Source: a virus (Duplodnaviria; Caudoviricetes). From it: a stretch of DNA of 55,598 nt. Below the pieces are notes generated by a model. The model worked only from the letters and a program-made list of their open reading frames with translations, searched no databases and had not been told where the DNA came from. Made by a program: the position numbers and the translations under genes. Position 1 is the first letter of the stretch. Each line of letters starts with the position of its first letter. Location of the stretch: the IMG/VR virus record IMGVR_UViG_3300005805_000113, positions 1-55,598 of that record; one strand, 5' to 3'. Shown here one piece after another: positions 1-7,825 of this stretch.

Positions 1-2720
1 GCGGCCAACGACAACCCCCCTGCGCCTTCCGCATTCAGCACAGCCCCACTTTGGACATTCACCCCAGACGTTGTAAACCCTTGAGACAACGCCCCGAATA
101 AAACAGAACTTGTGCCTGCTGTGACATACACACGCGCAAAGTTTCCTGTGCCGCTTGTGGTATTCGTTACTTCAAGGCTCTGCCCGCCCGTCCCTCCCGC
201 ACTAAACGAGTGCGTCCCGAAGCCGGAGACGGTGAGGAGGGAGCCGACAAGTAGTGATCCATTCGCCACAAACCCTGACCCGGAATACCCGAAGTAATTT
301 GTTCCAGAGGCCCCAAAGTTAATGTAGCCCGTGGTGGTTCCAGCCGAACGATAGATACGAACGTCCTCGGCGAATGTGTTGTTGTTGGTGAACACATTCG
401 CCGCATTCAACAGCGCCACATTGCTGCTGCTGGAGATGGCGGACCCGCCGCCCCATGCGAGGGTGCCCGGAAGGGTGGTCGCCCCGCTCGCCCCCGCAAA
501 TGTCCATGTGTTTGTTGCGCTTCCCCCAGACTGTGGCACCACGAATGTCAGCGTGCCCGCATCGCTATTAACACCCGCTTCCGTTAGCCGAATGAAGGCG
601 TTTTCCTGTCGCACGCTGTTGGTAAACGACAACTGCATTGCCACGGAGGTGGCGACCCCGGCGTTGTTGTTGGAGTTGATCAGTGCGAGGTTTGTGTTGT
701 CGGTGCCGCTGATGGTTACTGCTGGGGCAGCACTGAAGGTCCACGCCCCCGTCACCGTCTCATTGTCGGCCAGCACCGCGACATGATCGGATGATGTGAT
801 GGCCGAGCCGCCGCCCCACGCGATAGTACCCGTGAACGTCGCCGCTTGGCTGGCGCCAAGGGTGAGGGCGAGGGCGTTGCGAGAGTAGATGCGGACGTCG
901 CCGGAGCCGCTGCTTGCTGCAATCGACAACCCACCCGCGCCATTGGTCACAATGACCCCACCGTCTTGCGGGTCGAACGACACGGGGGTATAGGTGGACG
1001 ATGTCGCGTATGCCGCCAGTCGTGTGGCCGACGAATCGTTGCCCAGATTGAGTGCCGCGTAGTTCCCGGTGCCCGCCGTCGTGTTGCGGATGTTGAGCTG
1101 ATTTGCCCCTGTCCCGCCCGCACTGAAGCTGTGCGTCCCGAAACCTGACACGGTAAGGACTCCACTGGTTAGCTTGCTTTCCACGTCACCGCTGTAGAGC
1201 GACAACACATTCGCGCTGGACTCGGTGATGTACGTATCCCCACCGCCATCCAAGTACACTTTTGATGTCGCGGGTACTACCAGTGCGGTGGTGTTCGCAA
1301 TCGTCCCACCAATCGTCAAGGACGTTGACGTCAACGTCGCGGTGTTAGTACTGTTCGCCACCGACACCGACGTGGCCGTATGACTCACATTCGCCGTACT
1401 ATTCCCCACGAACACCGTGGTCACATTCGCGACGACATTCGCGCCCAACGCTAATGAGGTCACCCCGGTATACGCACCCGATAATCGACCATCGGGTAAT
1501 GTGCCCGTGGACAACGCCGACGCATTCACCCCCGTGGTTGATCGCGTATCAATGACGGTGCCGTAGTTGGTGCCGTCATTGGTGACTTCCCACACATCAC
1601 CCATTTCATTCCATCGCAGGTATGTGTTCGCTGATGATCCGCGATTAACTTCGATCCCGGCGTTTTCGGTTGGGGCATTTCCTGACGGCAGATCCGCATT
1701 TAAGGCGATAATATTATCGCCAATCTGTAAATTGGTGGTATTGATATACGTCGTCGTGCCGCTGATCGTTAAGTTTCCAGTAACGACCACATCTTGCCCA
1801 AACGTCGCGTTGCCCGACACGCCCAGTAAGCCGAGAGCATTCAACGTGCCACCGATACCCAGTGTTGATAATGTATTCGCCGCACCGGTAATGCTCACGG
1901 TATTACTAAATGACGCTGCATTCTGGAATGTCTTGTCTCCCGCAAATGTTTGTGTGGTGGTATCCACCGCGCCATTAGCAGTGGTGTTGGCAGAACTGAG
2001 CCGTGCCAATGGCACCGTGCCCGTGGACAAAGCCGATGCATTGATGCCCGTGGTACTCGTCGTTAGTAAAACGTTCGCATCCAACTGACCCAGTGGTACG
2101 GTACCAATAGATAACGCCGATGCGTTAATGCCAGTTGTGGTAGTCGTCAGAATGACATTCGCATCCAACCGATCCAGCGACATCGTACCCGTCGACAACG
2201 CCGACGCATTGATGCCTGTCGTGCTGGTGGTCAAAATGACGTTCGCGTCTAACCGTGCAATGGCTAATGTACCCGTGCTCAAGTTGCTGGCGTTGGTGTA
2301 GTATGATCCTGGCTCGCTGTTCAGATTCGTGGCGTTTGTGGCCTGCGTCGCACTATTAACATTCAGTGCCCCTTCGCTCTTCCCGAAGGCATAGGTGCTA
2401 TTGTTGGCCGTAATGAGCGTATAGGTGCCGGAGAGTCGAGCATCCGGTACCGTCCCCGTCGCAAGCGCACTCGCATTTAGCGTGGTGAGCGAGACACCAT
2501 TGCCCGAAAACACATTCGCGGTGATGGTGCCATTCGCGGTCACCGTCGCAATGGTCATCGTGCCGTTGATCGACACATTCCCCGTCGTCGTATCGGGGGT
2601 GGCGTTCTGCGACACCAACACAAACACACTGGTATTGCTAATGGTGCTAATTAGGTTGTTGGTCGTGGCCAACCACTGACGGAATGTGTTGCTGGTGGCG
2701 AGAAAGTCAAGTAACGGCAT
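1..2720 (-). CDS. Long tail fibre / adhesin-like virion protein, 3' end outside window
   Basis: ATG at 2720 (MPLLDFLATSNTFRQWLATTNNL...); frame read open to the window edge. Thr/Ser/Gly/Asn-rich, six NASxLxxGT repeats and a twice-repeated LTVSGFGTHSFSAGGTG block. Absent from the ORF track because there is no stop in the window. Confidence 0.85.
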   Translation of the reverse strand, partial: MPLLDFLATSNTFRQWLATTNNLISTISNTSVFVLVSQNATPDTTTGNVSINGTMTIATVTANGTITANVFSGNGVSLTTLNASALATGTVPDARLSGTYTLITANNSTYAFGKSEGALNVNSATQATNATNLNSEPGSYYTNASNLSTGTLAIARLDANVILTTSTTGINASALSTGTMSLDRLDANVILTTTTTGINASALSIGTVPLGQLDANVLLTTSTTGINASALSTGTVPLARLSSANTTANGAVDTTTQTFAGDKTFQNAASFSNTVSITGAANTLSTLGIGGTLNALGLLGVSGNATFGQDVVVTGNLTISGTTTYINTTNLQIGDNIIALNADLPSGNAPTENAGIEVNRGSSANTYLRWNEMGDVWEVTNDGTNYGTVIDTRSTTGVNASALSTGTLPDGRLSGAYTGVTSLALGANVVANVTTVFVGNSTANVSHTATSVSVANSTNTATLTSTSLTIGGTIANTTALVVPATSKVYLDGGGDTYITESSANVLSLYSGDVESKLTSGVLTVSGFGTHSFSAGGTGANQLNIRNTTAGTGNYAALNLGNDSSATRLAAYATSSTYTPVSFDPQDGGVIVTNGAGGLSIAASSGSGDVRIYSRNALALTLGASQAATFTGTIAWGGGSAITSSDHVAVLADNETVTGAWTFSAAPAVTISGTDNTNLALINSNNNAGVATSVAMQLSFTNSVRQENAFIRLTEAGVNSDAGTLTFVVPQSGGSATNTWTFAGASGATTLPGTLAWGGGSAISSSSNVALLNAANVFTNNNTFAEDVRIYRSAGTTTGYINFGASGTNYFGYSGSGFVANGSLLVGSLLTVSGFGTHSFSAGGTGGQSLEVTNTTSGTGNFARVYVTAGTSSVLFGALSQGFTTSGVNVQSGAVLNAEGAGGLSLA

Positions 2721-2746
2721 ATAAGATATTTAGTCGTATGGGAATA

Positions 2747-3571
2747 TTAGATTGCCCATAGGTTTTTGAGATAGGTTTCTGCGGCGACCAGTTCTGATAC
2801 CGTGAGCGTTCGCGTCCAGACCAATAGTTGTCCAATATCCCCAATCCAGAAGTTTGTTTGGTTGGACGCCCCGGTGCCAGTCGCACCCCCATGAAAATAT
2901 TTGGCTGTACTGGAAGTCGCCGTGCCCACGGTGCCCGTAAAGGTCAACGTCGCGGGGGCTCCATCGAGCCGCACTTTGAGCCGATTCGCATTCCCCGTTT
3001 GACTGCCATCATACAGTAACGTGACATAATGAAAGTTCGTATCGGCGACTACGGTATCGACAGTGAACGTCGCGCCCGCAAACCCTCCGATCCACGTTGT
3101 GTTGGACTGCCCCCACTCAAACCCGTGGACATCCGTCGAGCAGCAATAGCGAATTCCCGACGCGGTGGATAACGACCGAAACACAATAATTTGTGTGGCG
3201 CCCGCCAGCGACTGTAAATACGCGACAGGGTTAATGGTAAGACATTCGTCGGTGTCCGCATCTTCACCCGTCGGCGTGCCGGACGTGGTGTTGTTGAACC
3301 GCACCACACCCAACCCGTTTTTGATGTTACTATACCATTCGGGGCGTTTGCCACCTTGACTATTCCAATCGTGCGAACTCAACCCACCCCCATTATGCCA
3401 CGCAGTCACTTCGGTACCGCTGGTAATCACGCCGCTATTGAACGTGTTCGCATCGATGGTGCCCGCCGCGTAATTGACTTCAAGGTTCGGCAATTGGCTC
3501 ACATTACTAATCACTAAGGGCCGACTTCCTTCAAAAAATGAGCGGGTCACGCTGGAGGCAACGAGTGGCAT
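2747..3571 (-). CDS. Virion protein with LamG/concanavalin-A-like beta-sandwich
   Basis: 274 aa; HYVTLLYDG...LKVRLDG...WIGDIGQLLVWTRTLTVSEL...ETYLKNLW pattern typical of LamG-like phage domains. Confidence 0.7.
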   Translation of the reverse strand: MPLVASSVTRSFFEGSRPLVISNVSQLPNLEVNYAAGTIDANTFNSGVITSGTEVTAWHNGGGLSSHDWNSQGGKRPEWYSNIKNGLGVVRFNNTTSGTPTGEDADTDECLTINPVAYLQSLAGATQIIVFRSLSTASGIRYCCSTDVHGFEWGQSNTTWIGGFAGATFTVDTVVADTNFHYVTLLYDGSQTGNANRLKVRLDGAPATLTFTGTVGTATSSTAKYFHGGATGTGASNQTNFWIGDIGQLLVWTRTLTVSELVAAETYLKNLWAI

Positions 3572-3575
3572 ATTA

Positions 3576-4292
3576 TTAGAACGACACGAGTTGACCCATC
3601 ACCAGATAGGTACTTGCGCCCGTTTGAAGGACACTGAACGCAAACACATCTTTCTTGTTCGCATTCGGTGTGGGTTGTGTACTGGACAGCCAGTTGAGCG
3701 TGACGGCGGTGCTTTCAATCTGCACCGCTGTCGGAAGATAAGCCGTGCTGCCCTGATTCACAATCAGCGTCACGGACGTGGCATAACTATTGCTCAACCC
3801 CAGATTTGTAAAGTTCGCCGTCCAGTTACTCGAAAGAGTGCCGGTCACATTCCAGAGATTGCCGGTAGTGCAATCAAAGGTGACCGTCGGCGATCCCGAA
3901 ATAGTGCTGGCATAGGTCTGAAAGTTTTCGATAATGCGACCCACCGTCGCCGTATTGGACACGGTGATCGCGGTCACCCCCGTATACGAACCACTGATGC
4001 GGCCATTCGGTACGGTGCCGGTCGAGAGTGCCGATGCATTAATACCGGTCGTGCTGGTCGTGAGAATAACGTTCGCATCTAATCGTGCTACTGCGAGCGT
4101 GCCGGTAGACAGTGCCGACGCATTAATACCTGTTGTGGCTTTGGTGATATAGGTGGGGGTCGTACTCAATAGGTCGTTTTCGACTGCCGTAATTTCATCC
4201 TGTATCGCGTTGATATGGGACGCATCGACGGTATCGACCGTGTTGGTTTTTGACGTAAACGACTTGACGGTGGTCGGATAGGATGCTGCCAT
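3576..4292 (-). CDS. Short tail-fibre-like virion protein
   Basis: 238 aa; HINAIQDEITAVE N-terminal motif, two GINASALSTGT repeats shared with the long fibre, C-terminal beta-rich domain. Confidence 0.7.
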   Translation of the reverse strand: MAASYPTTVKSFTSKTNTVDTVDASHINAIQDEITAVENDLLSTTPTYITKATTGINASALSTGTLAVARLDANVILTTSTTGINASALSTGTVPNGRISGSYTGVTAITVSNTATVGRIIENFQTYASTISGSPTVTFDCTTGNLWNVTGTLSSNWTANFTNLGLSNSYATSVTLIVNQGSTAYLPTAVQIESTAVTLNWLSSTQPTPNANKKDVFAFSVLQTGASTYLVMGQLVSF

Positions 4293-4305
4293 ACCAATAT
4301 TTAGG

Positions 4306-4344
4306 AAAAGAAAAAACGCGCCGCCAGAGAACCTGGCGGCGCGT
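4306..4344 (-). terminator. Rho-independent terminator
   Basis: 12-bp stem ACGCGCCGCCAG/CTGGCGGCGCGT followed on the minus strand by a T-run, just downstream of the 4371-4838 gene. Confidence 0.85.
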
Positions 4345-4370
4345 GGGTCTTACAGGTAGGAAGGAACGAA

Positions 4371-4838
4371 CTACGCGAGCTTGAGGACGCCACCGTTGGC
4401 ATCCGACGCCCACTGAATCGTGATGTCACCACCGTTGGTCGGGGTGTCCACGACGTCGTAGAACGCAATGACCGGCGACGCGTTGTTATCTGCACCCTGC
4501 TTGAACAACACGCAACCACCGACCGTGTTGCCCGTGCCGAGTGTCGAGAACGTCACGTTGGCCGCGGTGAAGAACGCGAAACCGTTCGAGGTGCCGGCGT
4601 CGTCGGTCTCCGAGACCGTCTTCGATGCGAGCGCGACGCGGGCATAGTTGGACACTGTGCCAGTCGTCAATTCGAACGACGCAATCTCGTGGACCGTGTT
4701 GGCATCCGCGAGGTTGGCGATCGTGTTCGATGCCTCGTAACCCGGGGTCACCAGTAACAATGCAACGTTATCGGTGAGCAGGTTGAGGCTGCCGTTTGCT
4801 AAGAGGAACTTACCCTGATTGAATACGAAATTAGCCAT
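4371..4838 (-). CDS. Virion structural (tail-associated) protein
   Basis: 155 aa, AGGAG RBS, C-terminal TPTNGGDITIQW motif seen in phage tail proteins. Confidence 0.65.
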   Translation of the reverse strand: MANFVFNQGKFLLANGSLNLLTDNVALLLVTPGYEASNTIANLADANTVHEIASFELTTGTVSNYARVALASKTVSETDDAGTSNGFAFFTAANVTFSTLGTGNTVGGCVLFKQGADNNASPVIAFYDVVDTPTNGGDITIQWASDANGGVLKLA

Positions 4839-4970
4839 TTCTTTTTTCTCCTAAAAATAACGTGCATTAGTGCAGTTACTGGTTCGTACGCCACCCGCGC
4901 ACGGAGGGTGCCGATGTGCCGGCGATTACTATATTAGTATATAGGAAACCTCGGCACTTCATATTTAGGG

Positions 4971-4999
4971 TTGTCAAACCGCGCGGCGTATCGTATACT
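4971..4999 (+). promoter_or_regulatory. sigma70-type promoter (leaderless transcript)
   Basis: TTGTCA-17 nt-TATACT; ATG 7 nt downstream at 5007. Confidence 0.7.
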
Positions 5000-5006
5000 A
5001 TCTCCC

Positions 5007-5462
5007 ATGCGACGGTGTACGACATGTCACGAACCCATTGCCGCCCCTCGATTGGTCGCCCTTCCGGCCACACGAGTTTGTGCGACCTGTTCGACCGAAC
5101 AGCCCGTCAAGGGATACATGACATGGGAACATAAAACGGCTCCTGTCTTTCAGGTGGTCACCCCACGGCAGCATCAGTGGTTGCGGTCCCGCGACCGCAA
5201 AGGCATGCGTTCAGGGTTGCCTATGTCCTCACGCGGGTCGTCGGCAATGTCGTCCACCGTCGCGCCTGTATCATCTGGCCATACACCAAGTCGCACTCCG
5301 ATTATGGCAACGGCATCTAATCCGCTGTCTTTGGTGCCAAATGCTACGACGTGCGCACACAAGGATCGTCCGCAGGTATCGTCGGCGGGCAAATGCCTAG
5401 ACTGCGCACTTACCTATTATCGCAACCGTTTGTTGTGGGCACAGCTGCCTGCAAATAGATAG
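5007..5462 (+). CDS. DksA/TraR-type C4 zinc-finger protein
   Basis: MRRCTTCHEPIAAPRLVALPATRVCATC matches the CxxC-EPI-RL-ALP-CxxC DksA/TraR finger; start moved to ATG 5007. Confidence 0.7.
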   Translation: MRRCTTCHEPIAAPRLVALPATRVCATCSTEQPVKGYMTWEHKTAPVFQVVTPRQHQWLRSRDRKGMRSGLPMSSRGSSAMSSTVAPVSSGHTPSRTPIMATASNPLSLVPNATTCAHKDRPQVSSAGKCLDCALTYYRNRLLWAQLPANR

Positions 5463-5490
5463 TTGACTTTCCGACAGGATGTGCTATACT
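5463..5490 (+). promoter_or_regulatory. sigma70-type promoter with extended -10
   Basis: TTGACT-16 nt-TATACT preceded by TG. Confidence 0.7.
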
Positions 5491-5560
5491 TATTCCTGTC
5501 AGTCGTTGATGCGTCGTTGTCGCCCGACGCAGCAACTCACAACCAAGGCGAAAGGATAGA

Positions 5561-5839
5561 ATGAATACTATGGCTACTCGTAAGTCTCAGAAGGATCGTC
5601 TCGTTACCGCGTTCAACAGCGGCTATGATTTCACCACGAACCAGATCGCATCGCGTCTCAACGTGAGCGATTCACGGGCGCGATTCCTCATCACGGAGCT
5701 TCGTCAGGATGGCTATGCCATCTATAAGAACACCAAGACCATCAACGGCATGTCCACGCCGGTCTACCGTCTCGGCACGCCGAGCCGTGAGATGGTCGCT
5801 GCGGCGTTCGCGTCGCAGGGCGCGTCGATCTTCGCGTAA
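5561..5839 (+). CDS. Small winged helix-turn-helix DNA-binding protein
   Basis: 92 aa basic protein, FTTNQIASRLNV...ARFLITELRQDGYAIY...YRLGTPSR; AAGGA RBS. Confidence 0.7.
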   Translation: MNTMATRKSQKDRLVTAFNSGYDFTTNQIASRLNVSDSRARFLITELRQDGYAIYKNTKTINGMSTPVYRLGTPSREMVAAAFASQGASIFA

Positions 5840-5846
5840 TCCCACG

Positions 5847-5872
5847 ACGGGGGAGGCCGAGGCCTCCCCCGT
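5847..5872 (+). terminator. GC-rich hairpin (terminator or processing stem)
   Basis: Perfect inverted repeat ACGGGGGAGGCC/GGCCTCCCCCGT after the stop codon, but no U-tract. Confidence 0.45.
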
Positions 5873-6092
5873 ACTCATTCGTAATGGCTGGCCAATCTGA
5901 CATACGATGAGGTACATAATGATTGGTCGTGAACTGCCTAGCGGGAAGCTCACCTTCCACCCGTAAGCGTGAATAAATAGGGCAGAGACGGGTATTTCAT
6001 GCGTAGATTAGCACCCCTATTCCACGCATACTCGGCACCGTAAAGGGACGAGAATCGTCGGGTAAGCCTTCGGGAACCCCTGACAGCCGAGA

Positions 6093-6163
6093 ACTCGACT
6101 GGGCGAGTATAAACAGGATTTAGGCCCAGTGCGGCATATCGGTGTTACGCCGATATGCGTATC
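6093..6163 (+). ncRNA. Pistol self-cleaving ribozyme
   Basis: P1 ACTCG/CGAGT; loop ACTGGG pairs with CCCAGT (pseudoknot); ATAAACAG linker; P2 GAT/ATC; GCG; P3 GCATATCGG/CCGATATGC; G-U cleavage dinucleotide at 6159-6160. Confidence 0.9.
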
Positions 6164-6326
6164 GTTGAAACGTCGGAGTAGACTCTCCGGGGGCCACGAA
6201 CGGTTCTTGCAGTCTCCAAGAATCGGCGGAGGCGTATCGAACGCCAAGCCGTGGTGATTATAATCACAGACCTCACCAGAGGAAACTTGACCGTAGAAGG
6301 TCTGGTGTGATATTAGAAACGGTCAT

Positions 6327-6363
6327 CCGCCGTAGGAATCGCGAATTCCTGCGGCGGTTTTTT
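6327..6363 (+). terminator. Rho-independent terminator
   Basis: CCGCCGTAGGAAT/ATTCCTGCGGCGG stem followed by TTTTTT. Confidence 0.9.
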
Positions 6364-6383
6364 ATTTGTGCTATACTAGACGC

Positions 6384-6923
6384 ATGTTTCAAACCTACGA
6401 CGGGATTCTTTCCAAACCCTTCTGCGAACATTTGATTCGGCGTTTTGATACGGCGGCACAGAAAGACCACACCCACTCGATGTTCGACCAATTGGAGATG
6501 ACTCCACCGGCGGAGTGGACGCAGGAAACGGCGACTATTATGGATGTGGTCAAACGCGCGTCGGCCGACTATGCGCATTACTATGACCCCCATAAGATGA
6601 TGCCCATACAGCGGCTTGTCGAAACCTGTCGCATCAAACGGTACGAACCTAACCGACATCGATTTCCTCTTCACGCGGATGCGGCCAATTATCGAAGCTG
6701 CACCCGCTATCTGGCGTTTTTGTTTTACCTCAACGATAACGAAGCCGGCACGCGGTTCTATGGTGCACGGGATAGTGAAGGCTGGCGCATTGACGCCACG
6801 CAAGGCACCCTCCTCATCTTTCCCCCTATGTGGATGTTTCCGCATGAAGGGCTCATGCCGACCACCCATTCCAAATATATTCTCAGCACCTATTTCCATT
6901 TTGCCCCACCGACCACCGCATGA
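6384..6923 (+). CDS. 2OG-Fe(II) oxygenase
   Basis: HAD...RYLAFLFYLND..GT.F...GTLLIFPP.WMFPHEG...KYILSTY; ATG 6 nt after TGCTATACT. Confidence 0.85.
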   Translation: MFQTYDGILSKPFCEHLIRRFDTAAQKDHTHSMFDQLEMTPPAEWTQETATIMDVVKRASADYAHYYDPHKMMPIQRLVETCRIKRYEPNRHRFPLHADAANYRSCTRYLAFLFYLNDNEAGTRFYGARDSEGWRIDATQGTLLIFPPMWMFPHEGLMPTTHSKYILSTYFHFAPPTTA

Positions 6924-7186
6924 CGATGATGAACTCGATATACGCTCGTTCCGCCAAACTGTTTGTCTTGCAGTTTTGCATGTATTTTATTGTGACACTG
7001 AATATTCGCGCGGTCGCCCATTTAGATTATGTGATGGTGTTTATCACCGACGTGCTCATCGCGACTATTGGATTTACAACGATCAAAGAAGTCATCAAGG
7101 CCGAGACACGGACTGAGCAAATCTGTTATGTGCTGGGCGGGGCTGCGGGTGCGCAAGTCGCACTCGTGGCGTCATTTTTTCTCTAA
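6920..7186 (+). CDS. Small membrane protein
   Basis: 88 aa with three hydrophobic segments; ATGA overlap with upstream gene. Confidence 0.65.
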   Translation: MTMMNSIYARSAKLFVLQFCMYFIVTLNIRAVAHLDYVMVFITDVLIATIGFTTIKEVIKAETRTEQICYVLGGAAGAQVALVASFFL

Positions 7187-7197
7187 CGGCGTGCGCA

Positions 7198-7205
7198 TAT
7201 AAATA
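7198..7205 (+). promoter_or_regulatory. T4-type late promoter
   Basis: TATAAATA upstream of RBS AGGAG and ATG 7219. Confidence 0.75.
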
Positions 7206-7218
7206 ATACAGGAGCCCT

Positions 7219-7797
7219 ATGCCAATTCAATCATTTACGGCCCATCTTGACGAACACGCGGACTGGCAACAACTGGACGAAGCCGGACTCTCTCGTATTC
7301 TGACGCACATTCAGACGCGTAATATGGGATTTATCACCGCCTTTCGCGGCGGGAGTGCGACCCCGCTCGCGCAGAATCGCGCATTGAATCGGCAACTCCA
7401 AACCGAGATTCGTCAGGCCGGCTTTGGCTACCTGCGCGTCGTAGGGTCGTGGCCGGAAAACGAAGGCACACCCGAAGAGCGACAGGTCGTGGAAGAATCC
7501 TTTCTCGTCATCGGCAGCGATGGGGACGACAGCGGCAACCTGCGCGGATTTCTCAAAAAGGCGGGCGCGAAGTATCATCAGGATGCCGTCATCTATAAGC
7601 CGTGGAACACCACGACCGCGTATTTGATTTTCATGGGCAACCCCAACAAGTTGGAACCCATCGGCACGTTCTCGCTCAGTCCTCAAAATATCGGCAAAAT
7701 GTATAGCAAGTTCAAGGGACACAAGTTTGTGTTCCATAGCATGTCAGAACAACGGGGATTTTTTGGTCGCCTCGCACACCATAAAGCCTACAAATAA
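7219..7797 (+). CDS. Conserved phage protein, possibly head-packaged
   Basis: 192 aa; GLSRI...GFITAFRG...EESFLV...KYHQDAVIY motif; N-terminal LDE/LDEA sites. Confidence 0.7.
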   Translation: MPIQSFTAHLDEHADWQQLDEAGLSRILTHIQTRNMGFITAFRGGSATPLAQNRALNRQLQTEIRQAGFGYLRVVGSWPENEGTPEERQVVEESFLVIGSDGDDSGNLRGFLKKAGAKYHQDAVIYKPWNTTTAYLIFMGNPNKLEPIGTFSLSPQNIGKMYSKFKGHKFVFHSMSEQRGFFGRLAHHKAYK

Positions 7798-7825
7798 ATT
7801 CTCGTCATTAGAATGAGGTTGTCCC

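Larger units (their letters stand above)
5874..6363 (+). ncRNA. Multi-domain structured non-coding RNA region
   Basis: No credible ORF; consecutive hairpins, pseudoknots and multiloops, closed by an intrinsic terminator. Confidence 0.75.

Noticed and set aside
2010-2295. CRISPR-like or VNTR array
   Set aside because: The 84-bp units are in-frame coding repeats with synonymous divergence and no unique spacers; no CRISPR array was seen in the window
112-2679. Plus-strand ORFs (e.g. 376-786, 1567-2088, 2425-2679)
   Set aside because: Antisense shadows of the long minus-strand fibre gene; Val/Pro/Ala-rich mirror composition and no RBS
5840-6363. tmRNA, RNase P RNA, hammerhead or HDV-like ribozyme, or the short ORFs 5672-5953 and 6017-6247
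   Set aside because: No tRNA-like CCA end, no GAGGAAAGUCC/P4 signature, no CUGAnGA-GAAA core, no P3/P1.1 for an HDV fold; the ORFs lack an RBS and motifs
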